DNA of 64,000 nucleotides, taken from assembly GCA_038750765.1 (NCBI GenBank), contig JBCDGW010000009.1, forward strand, positions 158 through 64,157, read 5' to 3'. Under the pieces are notes generated by a model. That model made no database searches, was not told the origin of the DNA, and saw only the letters and a program-made list of their open reading frames with translations. Below, piece by piece: positions 37,196-47,248 of the stretch (the first letter of the stretch is position 1; every line of letters begins with the position of its first letter). The DNA is from Pseudomonadota bacterium. GTDB lineage: Bacteria > Pseudomonadota > Alphaproteobacteria > Rhodobacterales > Rhodobacteraceae. A program made the translations under genes and the position numbers.

Positions 37196-38814
37196 TGCCC
37201 GGTGACCTCACCCGACAAGATTGTTGCCACCACGCCCACATCGCGCAGTTCCATCGGATCAACGGCGAGCGGGTCGCGATCAAGCACGCAGAAATCGGCA
37301 AATTTGCCAGTTTGGATCGAGCCCACACGGTGGTCGAGCTTGAGCACATGGGCGGCGCCGAGCGTGATGCAATGCAGTGCTTGCGGCACCGTAATCTGCT
37401 GTCCGGTGCCCAGAACCCGACCTCCCTCGGTCACCCGGTTCACCGCCGCCCAAGCCGTCACCAGCGGCGCCATCGGTGTGATCGGCGCGTCGGAGTGGAT
37501 CGCAAACTCATTGTCGAAAATCTCAACCGCGTCCCGGCAGGCATTCATCCGGCTGGCGCGATCCGGACCGAGCGTTTTGGTCCAATGAATATCGCCGAAA
37601 TAGTGGATGTGGTTGCCGAAGATATTGCAGGTCAGACCGAGCGCTTTCATCCGCTTAAACTGATCGCGCGTGGCAAGCTGCACGTGTTCGAGCGTGTGGC
37701 GTAAATCGGGGTTGGGGTATTTGCGCAGGACCTCTTCGTACACCTCGATGGCAAATTCCGAAGCAGCGTCGCCATTGGTGTGGATATGGGTTTTGACCCC
37801 AGCTTTGTGCAGCGCCTCGACAGCACGGCAGTAATGGTCACGCTCCATATTCCAGATGCTGTTATCGACGCCGGTCAGGTAGCCGGGCGCTTTTAGCTTA
37901 GCGGTGTAGCCCTGGATCGCCCCGTCGGTGAACAGCTTTGCGCGGCCGAGCGAGAGCTTATCGGTCGAGCGCTTGCGCAACGCCAAGGCGCGTTCGGCTT
38001 CTGCTTCGGGAGCGCCTGCCATCGCGTTCATCACCGGCACGTATCGGGCAGGGAAGGTGGGGTCATGCACCACCCGCTCGATCATCGCCACCTCATCCTC
38101 CGCCAGATCGGAGAGAAGTTCAGCCACCGTGGTAACGCCGCATAGCCGCGCCACCTCGCCATAGGCGCGTAGGCTGTGTTCGGTGGCCATGTTGAGAAAG
38201 TCATAGCCAACTGCGTCGCACATCGGCCGCATCGCCGCGAACTCTTGAAGCTCGCCGTTAGGCCGCCCGTCGGCCCCCTTCATCACCCCTTCAATATTGG
38301 TGCCTGCGTCAAAGCCTACCTTAGCGAGCGCCGCCGAATTGACCGTCATCAAGTGAAAGTTTGAATGGGAAACAACGATCGGATGCTCAGTGGACACCGC
38401 GTCTAAATGGTCGCGGTCAAATCGGCGTCCTTCGAGAAAGTTTGGGTCGAGCCCCCAGGCGATGATGGGCTCTCCGGCGGGGGTTTGAGCCGCCACACCC
38501 CGCAGCCGGGCGATGATGGCGTCGTAATCCTTCACCCCTTCCCAAACACGCCCGGTGGGATCGGTGCGCGCATAGTGACCGCAATACGTGTAGTCCCATA
38601 TGCCACCCGCCATGACATGGGCATGGGCCTCAATGAGGCCTGGCAAGATCACCTTGTCAGCGAATTGATCGTCGATGCGCGCCTCGCCCCAAGGCTGTGC
38701 GCAATCTGGCCCGCCAACGGCCAAAACCAGCCCGTCGCGTACCGCTACGTGAGTAGCCTCGGGCCTGTTGGGATCCATCGTGATGACTTTTGCTGCCCGG
38801 TATACGGTGATCAT
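37192..38814 (-). CDS. Amidohydrolase 3 family (YtcJ-like)
   Basis: PGLIEAHAH, KLFTDG, HTNGD, HTLEHVQ and HSDAP motifs. Confidence 0.9.
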   Translation of the reverse strand: MITVYRAAKVITMDPNRPEATHVAVRDGLVLAVGGPDCAQPWGEARIDDQFADKVILPGLIEAHAHVMAGGIWDYTYCGHYARTDPTGRVWEGVKDYDAIIARLRGVAAQTPAGEPIIAWGLDPNFLEGRRFDRDHLDAVSTEHPIVVSHSNFHLMTVNSAALAKVGFDAGTNIEGVMKGADGRPNGELQEFAAMRPMCDAVGYDFLNMATEHSLRAYGEVARLCGVTTVAELLSDLAEDEVAMIERVVHDPTFPARYVPVMNAMAGAPEAEAERALALRKRSTDKLSLGRAKLFTDGAIQGYTAKLKAPGYLTGVDNSIWNMERDHYCRAVEALHKAGVKTHIHTNGDAASEFAIEVYEEVLRKYPNPDLRHTLEHVQLATRDQFKRMKALGLTCNIFGNHIHYFGDIHWTKTLGPDRASRMNACRDAVEIFDNEFAIHSDAPITPMAPLVTAWAAVNRVTEGGRVLGTGQQITVPQALHCITLGAAHVLKLDHRVGSIQTGKFADFCVLDRDPLAVDPMELRDVGVVATILSGEVTGQ

Positions 38815-38976
38815 GGTGCCGCCTTTCCTGCTTTTTGATTAATTGCCCAATTCGCAGGCGCTGCCTCAAAATGCGGCACCTAACCACCCCAGTGGAATTG
38901 ACATTCCGAGCGGGCGCATGCCTGATTGCCGCTACGTAATTCGAAAATCGCCGAAACGACAACAGGGAGACGATTG

Positions 38977-40563
38977 ATGTTTGGATTTATACGGCGTCGC
39001 AGCATCCTAGCTGCTTTGCTGTCCGCACCGCTCGCGTTGGGGGTCATGCCAGGCCTCGCCAATGCAGAGAAGGTGCTGCGGGTAATCCCCCATGCGGACC
39101 TGAAAAATCTCGATCCGATTTGGACGACCGCGTACATCACACGCAACCATGGCTACATGATCTACGATACGCTGTTTGCCATGGACGAAGACTTCAAGCC
39201 GCAGCCGCAGATGGTCGATACCTGGACCACCTCGGAAGACGGCCTGGTCTGGACTTTCGTGCTGCGCGACGGCCTTTTGTTCCATGACGGCGCACCGGTC
39301 ACTGCCACCGATGTGGTTGCGTCGCTGGAGCGTTGGGGCAAGCGCGACGGCATGGGCCAACAGCTTTTCGCCAATACCGAAAGCCTCGTTGCCGAAGATG
39401 ATAAAACGGTCGTTCTGACGCTCGCCAACCCGTACGGCTTGGTGCTGGAATCGATTGGTAAGATCTCATCGAACGTGCCGTTCATCATGCCTGCGCGGGT
39501 TGCGGCGACAGATCCGTTTGAGCAGATCACCGACTTCACCGGCTCGGGCCCGTTTGTGTTCCAGGAGGATGAGTGGGTCCCTGGAAGCACCGTGGTCTAC
39601 ACCAAGTTCGAAGATTACGTGCCGCGCCCCGAGCCGGTATCGGCTGCTTCGGGCGGCAAAATCGCCAAGGTCGACAAGGTGATCTGGACATACTTCCCCG
39701 ACCAGACGACCGCGATGAACGCGCTGATGGCTGGCGAAATCGACTTCTTCGAGCAGCCCGCCAACGACTTGGCCCCGCTGCTAGAGGCAAATCCCGACGT
39801 CACTGTTGAGGTCAACGATCCGCTCGGCAATATCGGCTTTGCCCGCTTCAATCACCTGCTGCCGCCTTTTGACAACGCGGACGTGCGCCGCGCGGCCATG
39901 CTGGCGATGAAGCAAGAGGATTACATGGCCGCGGCCATCGGTGATCCCAAGTTCTGGAAGACTTGCTACTCGGTGTTCCCATGCGGCACCCCGCTCGATA
40001 ACGATGTCGGCTCCGACGTGATGTCGACAGGCAGCATCGATGCCGCGAAAGCCGCGCTTGAGACCGCCGGTTACGATGGCACGCCAGTCGTGATCATGCA
40101 GCCCACCGATATTCCGGTGCTTTCCGCCTTCTCGTTGGTTACCGCCGAGAAGCTGCGCAATGCCGGTTTCGAAGTGGAGGTGCAGGCGATGGACTGGTCG
40201 ACGCTTACCTCGCGGCGCGCGCTGCGTGACCCGGTGGCTGACGGCGGCTGGAACATGTTCCACACCTGGTGGATCGGCGCTGACGTGATCGATCCGATGG
40301 CGATTGCCTTCTCCGGTGATCCGGAGGCGGGCTGGTTCGGCTGGGCCGATGATCCGGCGCTGGAGGAAGCACGGGCTGCTTTCGCCGTGGCTGAATCGCT
40401 TGAAGAAAAGCAAACGGTGGCGGCGACGGTGCAGGATCGGCTGTGGTCGATTGGCGCGTCGGGTCAGCTGGGTCAGTTCTTCACGCCGGTGGCGTATCGG
40501 AGCAATGTCACTGGACTGATCAAGTCTCCGGTCCAGTTCTTCTGGAATATCGACGTCGAGTGA
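38977..40563 (+). CDS. Peptide/nickel-type ABC substrate-binding protein (family 5)
   Basis: LDPIWTTAYITRNHGYMIYDTLF, LRDGLLFHDG, GSGPF; signal peptide. Confidence 0.92.
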   Translation: MFGFIRRRSILAALLSAPLALGVMPGLANAEKVLRVIPHADLKNLDPIWTTAYITRNHGYMIYDTLFAMDEDFKPQPQMVDTWTTSEDGLVWTFVLRDGLLFHDGAPVTATDVVASLERWGKRDGMGQQLFANTESLVAEDDKTVVLTLANPYGLVLESIGKISSNVPFIMPARVAATDPFEQITDFTGSGPFVFQEDEWVPGSTVVYTKFEDYVPRPEPVSAASGGKIAKVDKVIWTYFPDQTTAMNALMAGEIDFFEQPANDLAPLLEANPDVTVEVNDPLGNIGFARFNHLLPPFDNADVRRAAMLAMKQEDYMAAAIGDPKFWKTCYSVFPCGTPLDNDVGSDVMSTGSIDAAKAALETAGYDGTPVVIMQPTDIPVLSAFSLVTAEKLRNAGFEVEVQAMDWSTLTSRRALRDPVADGGWNMFHTWWIGADVIDPMAIAFSGDPEAGWFGWADDPALEEARAAFAVAESLEEKQTVAATVQDRLWSIGASGQLGQFFTPVAYRSNVTGLIKSPVQFFWNIDVE

Positions 40564-40586
40564 GCTGAGGCTGAGTGACCTAAAAA

Positions 40587-40625
40587 CTGGTGCCGCGCGG
40601 GCCACCCACGTCTTGCGCGGCGCCA
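40587..40625 (+). other. Intercistronic stem-loop after the binding-protein gene
   Basis: TGGTGCCGCGCGGG...CTTGCGCGGCGCCA inverted repeat. Confidence 0.5.
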
Positions 40626-40654
40626 CACCAACACCCCAATCCGCGAGGATCTCC

Positions 40655-41599
40655 GTGACGCGCTACATTACCATGCGTGTGCTCTCGACCATACCGGTCA
40701 TGGTCCTCGTGGCTCTCTTCGTCTTTTTGATGCTGCGCTTAGCGCCAGGTGATCCGGCCTCGGTCATAGCAGGGGATTACGCCACCGCCGAGGATGTCGA
40801 GCGCATCCGCGAGCAGCTAGGCCTCTCCGACCCAATCGTCGTTCAATTCGCGCGCTGGGTTGGTGCGCTGGCGCAGGGCGATTTGGGCACGTCGATCTTT
40901 TCCGGCAAACCGGTGACAGAACTCATCGGCCAGCGTATCGAACCCACGATGCTTCTGGCGTTGACGACGATCATCTTCGCGGTGCTCGTCGCGGTGCCGT
41001 TGGGCACGCTTGCCGCCTTCCGCGCCGGCTCATTAATCGACCGCTTTGTCATGCTGTTCTCGGTCAGCGGCTTCTCGGTGCCGGTATTCGTGCTGGGCTA
41101 TGTCCTGATCTACACGTTCTCGATGGGGCTGCAGATCTTGCCGGTGCAGGGCTATAAGTCACCCTTCGAAGACGGCATCGGCCCGTTCTTTTATCACATC
41201 ACGCTGCCCTCGGTGACGCTGTCGGTCATCTTCATCGCGTTGATCGCGCGCATGACGCGGGCCTCCGTGATTGAGGTGCTCGAGGAGGATTACATCCGCA
41301 CCGCGCGCGCCAAGGGCCAGTCTGAGTTTACCATTCTGATCCGGCACGCACTACGCAACGCCGCCGTGCCCGTCGTGACTGTTATCGGCATCGGCATCGC
41401 GCTCTTGATCGGGGGCGTCGTCGTCACCGAAAGCGTGTTCAACATTCCCGGCCTCGGGCGCCTGGTGCTCGACGCGGTGCTGGCGCGAGACTACCCGATC
41501 ATCCAGGGGCTGATCCTGTTTTTCAGCTTCGTCTATATCTTCGTCAATTTGCTGATCGATCTGAGCTACACCCTGCTCGACCCCAGGATACGCTACTGA
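40655..41599 (+). CDS. ABC permease (DppB-like)
   Basis: APGDPA, DYIRTARAKG and RHALRNA motifs; GTG start after GAGG. Confidence 0.92.
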   Translation: MTRYITMRVLSTIPVMVLVALFVFLMLRLAPGDPASVIAGDYATAEDVERIREQLGLSDPIVVQFARWVGALAQGDLGTSIFSGKPVTELIGQRIEPTMLLALTTIIFAVLVAVPLGTLAAFRAGSLIDRFVMLFSVSGFSVPVFVLGYVLIYTFSMGLQILPVQGYKSPFEDGIGPFFYHITLPSVTLSVIFIALIARMTRASVIEVLEEDYIRTARAKGQSEFTILIRHALRNAAVPVVTVIGIGIALLIGGVVVTESVFNIPGLGRLVLDAVLARDYPIIQGLILFFSFVYIFVNLLIDLSYTLLDPRIRY

Positions 41600-42480
41600 T
41601 GAGCGAGCAGGTCACCGACATTGCCAGCCCGGAAGCGGCGCGCAAAGACAGCAGCCTCGCGCGGATCGCCTTGCGCAACCGAGGTGTTTTCTGGGGCGGC
41701 GCGGTGCTGCTTGTGATCGCAGTGTTCGCAGCGCTCGGCCCGTTTTTTGTGGCCGACCCCACCGCGCTGAACCCGATCAATCGGCTGAAACCGCCGGGCA
41801 GCGCCGGGTATTTCGGCACCGATATGCTTGGGCGCGACGTGTTCTCTCGGGTGATAAATGGCGCCCAGGTGTCGCTGATCGTCGGGCTGTTCGTGGCGGT
41901 GATCGCTGTGGCAATCGGGCTCTTTCTAGGGTTGATCGCGGGATACATCCGCTTGATGGACGCGCTGATCATGCGCTTGATGGACGGCTTGATGTCGATC
42001 CCCGCCATCCTTCTCGCGATCGCGCTTATCTCGCTTTCGGGGGCCACCCTAGTCACCGTAATCGTGGCTATCGTCATACCGGAGATCCCGCGCGTCGTGC
42101 GCCTGGTGCGCTCGGTCGTTCTGACGGTGCGTGAGGAGCCCTACGTGGAAGCCGCGATTTCAGCGGGCACGCGGGTGCCCACGATACTAGTGCGTCATGT
42201 GCTGCCTAACACGGTGGCACCGCTCATCGTCCAGGCCACCTACATTTGCGGCTCGGCGATGCTGACGGAATCGATTCTGGGCTTCCTCGGGGCTGGCATT
42301 CCGCCCGAGATCCCGTCTTGGGGCAACATCATGTCCGAGGGTCGCACCTTCTTCCAGCTCACACCGTGGATCATCTTCTTCCCCGGAATTTGCCTTGCCC
42401 TGACCGTGCTGGCGGTGAACGTCATCGGCGACGGGCTGCGCGACACGCTTGACCCGCGCATCTCCAAAACGATGCGCTGA
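41599..42480 (+). CDS. ABC permease (DppC-like)
   Basis: GTDMLGRD, YVEAA and GDGLRD motifs. Confidence 0.92.
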   Translation: MSEQVTDIASPEAARKDSSLARIALRNRGVFWGGAVLLVIAVFAALGPFFVADPTALNPINRLKPPGSAGYFGTDMLGRDVFSRVINGAQVSLIVGLFVAVIAVAIGLFLGLIAGYIRLMDALIMRLMDGLMSIPAILLAIALISLSGATLVTVIVAIVIPEIPRVVRLVRSVVLTVREEPYVEAAISAGTRVPTILVRHVLPNTVAPLIVQATYICGSAMLTESILGFLGAGIPPEIPSWGNIMSEGRTFFQLTPWIIFFPGICLALTVLAVNVIGDGLRDTLDPRISKTMR

Positions 42481-44081
42481 TGGCCATTCTCGACGTCCAA
42501 AACCTTAGCGTGACGCTGCCCAAAGGGGCGGATCGCCAATATGCTGTGGAGGACGTGACGCTCAAGGTCGATGCCGGTGAGATCCTATGCATCGTCGGCG
42601 AAAGCGGCTCTGGCAAATCGGTAACCGCGTTTTCGGTGATGGGCCTTGCGGATCGGCGCGCGCTGACACCGGTTGCGGGGCGGATCCTGCTTAACGGCGA
42701 AAACCTCCTTGATGCTTCGGGCGCCCGCTTGCGCAAACTGCGCGGTGAGAAGATGGCGATGATCTTCCAAGAGCCGATGACGGCGCTCAACCCGGTGCTG
42801 CGGGTGGGCGATCAGATCGGCGAAATGCTTGAGATCCACACCTCTATGACGGGCGCGGAACGCAAGGCGCGGGCGCTGGAGACGATGCGCGATGTTAGCC
42901 TGCCTGATCCCGAAAGGATGTATCGCTCCTATCCGCACCAATTGTCGGGCGGACAGCGTCAGCGGATTATGATTGCCATGGCGCTCGCGCTGGAGCCGCA
43001 GCTCTTGATCGCCGATGAGCCCACGACCGCGCTTGACGTGACCACCCAGGCGCAGATCTTGGCGCTGATCAAAGACATCCAAACGCGCAAGGGGATGGGT
43101 GTGATGTTCATCACCCATGACTTTGGCGTCGTCGCTGAAATCGCGGATCGGGTGGCGGTGATGAAACACGGCCGCGTGGTTGAGCAGGGCGATGTCGCCT
43201 CAGTGCTCGGCGCGCCGAAAGACCCTTATACCCAAAAGTTGATTGCCGCGGTCCCGTCGATGGAGCCGCCCGAACGGCCACCGGTGTCGGGGGATGCGGC
43301 GCTCGCCACCGCGGATTTGGTCAAAACCTATGGCAATGCCGGTCTGCTGGGGACCGGTCGGGTGGTCAAAGCCGTGCGCGATGTGGATCTGGTAGTGCGC
43401 CGGGGCGAGACGCTCGGTGTCGTGGGCGAAAGCGGGTCGGGCAAATCGACGGTCGCGCGCTGCGTGATGCGTTTGATCGATCCCACATCCGGGCAAGTCC
43501 TCATCGACGGCGAAAACATCGCCAGCCTGCATGAAGGCCAGCTTCGCGCCCATCGCCGCGACATTCAGATCGTGTTCCAAGACCCTTATCGCTCGCTCAA
43601 TCCGCGGCGCACCGTTGGGCAGAGCATCGTTGAAGGTCCGGTGAATTTCGGCACCTCGCTGGCGGCGGCGACCGAACGGGCCGCTGATTTGATGCAGATC
43701 GTCGGACTGTCACGGGACGCGCTTGATCGGTTTCCGCACCAGTTTTCCGGCGGTCAGCGACAGCGTATCTGCATCGCGCGCGCGCTGGCGATGGAGCCGG
43801 CGATATTGGTGGCGGATGAGGCGGTATCGGCGCTTGACGTGTCTGTCCAAGCGCAAGTGCTGGATCTCCTCGACGATGTGCGCAAGCGCTTTGATCTGGC
43901 GATGCTGTTCATCACCCATGATCTGCGGGTCGCCGCGCAAATCTGTGATCGGATTATGGTGATGAACAAGGGCGAAGTGGTGGAAACGGGCGCCACCGTT
44001 GATGTCTTCGCCAGCCCTACCCACAGCTATACCCGCGCCTTACTCGCCGCCGCGCCCGGGCAGCATAAGGCTGTTTCCTAA
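42480..44081 (+). CDS. ABC ATP-binding protein, duplicated domains (DppD/F fusion)
   Basis: Two GESGSGKS Walker A motifs and two SGGQRQR signatures. Confidence 0.93.
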   Translation: MAILDVQNLSVTLPKGADRQYAVEDVTLKVDAGEILCIVGESGSGKSVTAFSVMGLADRRALTPVAGRILLNGENLLDASGARLRKLRGEKMAMIFQEPMTALNPVLRVGDQIGEMLEIHTSMTGAERKARALETMRDVSLPDPERMYRSYPHQLSGGQRQRIMIAMALALEPQLLIADEPTTALDVTTQAQILALIKDIQTRKGMGVMFITHDFGVVAEIADRVAVMKHGRVVEQGDVASVLGAPKDPYTQKLIAAVPSMEPPERPPVSGDAALATADLVKTYGNAGLLGTGRVVKAVRDVDLVVRRGETLGVVGESGSGKSTVARCVMRLIDPTSGQVLIDGENIASLHEGQLRAHRRDIQIVFQDPYRSLNPRRTVGQSIVEGPVNFGTSLAAATERAADLMQIVGLSRDALDRFPHQFSGGQRQRICIARALAMEPAILVADEAVSALDVSVQAQVLDLLDDVRKRFDLAMLFITHDLRVAAQICDRIMVMNKGEVVETGATVDVFASPTHSYTRALLAAAPGQHKAVS

Positions 44082-44367
44082 CCGCGGTGATTCGAGGCGC
44101 TCGGTGCGAGCATAAATGCTGATGCCTTGTGTGTTGCCGACCGTGATGTGGCCGAGAGCACACCGTTTCTCAAACGGGTTCAGCATCAAGACGCCAAGCT
44201 AAACTGTTGCGTTTGCTCGTAAGATTAACCGCGTTCAATCGGCAAATCTGCGACGTTTCAGCCGCCGTGTTGTTTCGCGTCGAATTTGAGGAACCTATCG
44301 GTTGATTTGTACGTTTTCCTGTCATACGTGGCGTGAAAGCGCAGCAGAGCGGGAAAGGAGCGTGACC

Positions 44368-44487
44368 ATGACACGCGACGACCTAATCAAAGAAATCCGC
44401 GCCCGCCGGGGGAACTTCCCGGCGCTGGTTATTGTATACCTGGTGATCTTAGCCGGCATGGCGAGTTCAGCGGCGGCGATCCTCTAG
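44368..44487 (+). CDS. Small 39-aa putative membrane protein
   Basis: AAGGAG RBS, ATG, charged N-terminus followed by one hydrophobic helix. Confidence 0.55.
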   Translation: MTRDDLIKEIRARRGNFPALVIVYLVILAGMASSAAAIL

Positions 44488-44500
44488 GGCACCAGCCCTG

Positions 44501-46171
44501 CTAGGGTTGCTTCGTTACGGCAGCCGCCTCACCGATATTATCCACGCCACGCTCCTCCAGCAGCGATGTCAGCCAGTTCGGGTCCATCTCCGGTACTGAC
44601 GACAAGAGCAGGTCGGTGTAGCGATGGTGCGGCGGGCGGAACATATCGTCCTTGGGCCCTTGCTCAACGACACGGCCGTTTTGCATCACCACCACCTCGT
44701 CCGCGATGGAGCGCACCGTCGCCAGGTCGTGGGTGATAAACATGTAGGCGAGACCAAGCTCTTTTTGCAGCCGGTCGAGCAGCTTGAGGATGCCTTCAGC
44801 GACCAACTGGTCCAGCGCGCTCGTCACCTCATCGCAAATGATCATTTCGGGCTCAGCGGCGAGCGCCCTGGCGATGCCGATCCGCTGCTTTTGGCCGCCC
44901 GAGAGTTCAGGCGGGTATCGGTTATAAAATTGCGCCGGTTCAAGCTCGATCAGATCGAGTAATTCATCCACCCGCTGTTTGAGCTTTGACCCGGTAAGGC
45001 CCGAGTAAAACTCCGCTGGGCGACCGATGATCTCACTGATACGCACCTTCGGGTTCAACGCCGTATCCGCCATCTGGTAGATCATCTGCGCTTGCCGGAG
45101 CTGGTCGCGGGTACGGTTCTTGTAGTTGGGCGGCAGCGGCTCGCCCTTAAAATGCACTTCCCCTTTTGAGGGTGGCAGTAGACCGGTGATCACCCGCGCG
45201 GTCGTCGATTTGCCTGAGCCAGACTCGCCCACAACCGCGACTGTCATGCCTGGATAGACGTCAAACGAGACATCATCCAACACCTTAACCCCGCCGGTAT
45301 AAGCAGCATCCACATTGCGCACAGAGATCACCGGCGGCGAACCGTCAGTGGGCCGGTTTATCTGCGGTCGCTGGAAACTGCGCACGGCCCAAAGGCTCTT
45401 GGTGTAGTCTTCTTGCGGATCATCAAGCATGGTTTCCGTGGGCGCTTCTTCGACTTCTTCGCCTCTCAGCAGCACTTTGATCGTGTCCGCCATCTGCGCA
45501 ACCACCGCCAGATCGTGGGTGATATAGATCGCCGCTGTCTGAAACTGATCCACAATATCGCGGATCGCAGCCAACACTTCGATCTGCGTGGTCACATCAA
45601 GCGCGGTGGTTGGCTCGTCGAAGATGATCAAGTCAGGGCGGCACGACATCGCCATAGCGGTCATCGCCCGCTGCAATTGTCCACCGGAGACCTGATGCGG
45701 GTAGCGAAACCCGATTTCGTGCGGGTTCGGCAGCCGCAACCGCTCATAGAGCGTCATCGCGTCTTCCTGGCTCTCCATGCGCTTTTTGATCCGGTAATGG
45801 ATCGGCGCTTCAGTGTGCTGATCGATCAGTTTGTGGGCCGGGTTAAACGACGCCGCCGCTGATTGCGCGACATACGCGATACGGGCGCCTCGCAATGCAC
45901 GCCGTTCCGACTCGGTTGCGGTCGTCAGCTCCATACCGTCAAATTCGATGGAGCCCCCCGAAATCCGCGTGCCGTCGCGGGCATAGCCCATAGCCGCGGC
46001 ACCGATGGTAGACTTGCCCGCGCCGGACTCGCCGATAAGCCCCATCACCTCCCCGCGGTGCAGGGTGAGATCGACGCCCTTAATTATCGGAACCCAGGTC
46101 TCGTCGGAAAAGCCCTCAATCTTCAGGTCGCGGATTTTGAGCAGCACGTCCTTTTCTGTGAACTTGCCCAT
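44501..46171 (-). CDS. ABC ATP-binding protein, duplicated domains
   Basis: GESGAGKS and GESGSGKS; SGGQLQR and SGGQKQR. Confidence 0.93.
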   Translation of the reverse strand: MGKFTEKDVLLKIRDLKIEGFSDETWVPIIKGVDLTLHRGEVMGLIGESGAGKSTIGAAAMGYARDGTRISGGSIEFDGMELTTATESERRALRGARIAYVAQSAAASFNPAHKLIDQHTEAPIHYRIKKRMESQEDAMTLYERLRLPNPHEIGFRYPHQVSGGQLQRAMTAMAMSCRPDLIIFDEPTTALDVTTQIEVLAAIRDIVDQFQTAAIYITHDLAVVAQMADTIKVLLRGEEVEEAPTETMLDDPQEDYTKSLWAVRSFQRPQINRPTDGSPPVISVRNVDAAYTGGVKVLDDVSFDVYPGMTVAVVGESGSGKSTTARVITGLLPPSKGEVHFKGEPLPPNYKNRTRDQLRQAQMIYQMADTALNPKVRISEIIGRPAEFYSGLTGSKLKQRVDELLDLIELEPAQFYNRYPPELSGGQKQRIGIARALAAEPEMIICDEVTSALDQLVAEGILKLLDRLQKELGLAYMFITHDLATVRSIADEVVVMQNGRVVEQGPKDDMFRPPHHRYTDLLLSSVPEMDPNWLTSLLEERGVDNIGEAAAVTKQP

Positions 46172-46173
46172 TA

Positions 46174-47238
46174 TCAAACCTCCTTCAGGCCAGACGAGCG
46201 GAACAGCATCCAGTCGACGACAAAGTTAACTGCAACCGTCAGCAACGCGATTGCGCCCGCCGGGATAAGCGGTGTGATGTCCCCGAACGAGATGAGCGTC
46301 GCGTTCTCCCGCACCATCGAGCCCCAATCGGCTGTGGGCGGCTGAATGCCCAGCCCGAGGAAGCTGAGGCCGGCGATCAGCAGGAACACAAAGCAAAACT
46401 CGAGGCCAAACTCGGCCACCAGCGGCGCGGTTGAGTTCGGCAAAATCTCCTTGCGGATCAGGTGCCAATCGCCTTCGCCGCGCAAGCGCGCCGCCTCGAT
46501 ATAGTCCATCACCACGATGTTGCCCGCAACCGCACGCGTCAGGCGGAACACCCTCGGCGAGTAGATCACGGCGACGACCACGACGATCACCCACAGGCTG
46601 GTGCCGAAGATCGACAGCATCAGCAGCGCGAAGATCAGCGATGGCACCGACATGATCACATCGGCAGTCCGTCCAATCAGGTTGTCGAACCAACCGCCTT
46701 TCACCGCCGCCAGCAGCCCACCGAGCGCGCCGATGATGAAGGCCAAGGTCGTCGCCACCAGGGCGAGGCCAACCGAGTTGCGCGCGCCGTAAATGATGCG
46801 GCTGAACATGTCGCGCCCAAGCTGATCCGCGCCCAGGAGCAGCGTATCGTCCGGCGGCGCGAACGCATCGGTGATCACCTCCGACTCGCCGAACGGCGCG
46901 ATTATCGGCGCGAAGATACCGGCGATGGCGTAGGTAAAAATCACGAACATCCCGAAAGACGCGGTAAGCGGCGCGGTGCGCAACTCTTTGGCGAGGGACG
47001 GGCGCGATACTTGGATGAGGAATTCACGAAACGTGAACGATACCCCCGCCGCCAAGGCCAGAAGACCGGCGCAGATCGTCACGAACCGCAACGCGGGCAC
47101 GCCCCCCACGATCCCAAGCACGAACGACACCAGTGTCACGCTGAACAGCAGCATAAACAATTGGCGCCGCTCAAAGTAGGCCGCCAGGCTCGAAGCCGCG
47201 ATAAGGGCGGCGTAGTATCCGATGACAAACAAGCTCAT
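46174..47238 (-). CDS. ABC permease (DppC-like) with extra N-terminal TM segments
   Basis: GADQLGRD, YIEAARLRG and GIQPPTADWG motifs. Confidence 0.9.
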   Translation of the reverse strand: MSLFVIGYYAALIAASSLAAYFERRQLFMLLFSVTLVSFVLGIVGGVPALRFVTICAGLLALAAGVSFTFREFLIQVSRPSLAKELRTAPLTASFGMFVIFTYAIAGIFAPIIAPFGESEVITDAFAPPDDTLLLGADQLGRDMFSRIIYGARNSVGLALVATTLAFIIGALGGLLAAVKGGWFDNLIGRTADVIMSVPSLIFALLMLSIFGTSLWVIVVVVAVIYSPRVFRLTRAVAGNIVVMDYIEAARLRGEGDWHLIRKEILPNSTAPLVAEFGLEFCFVFLLIAGLSFLGLGIQPPTADWGSMVRENATLISFGDITPLIPAGAIALLTVAVNFVVDWMLFRSSGLKEV

Positions 47239-47248
47239 GGATCGCCCC

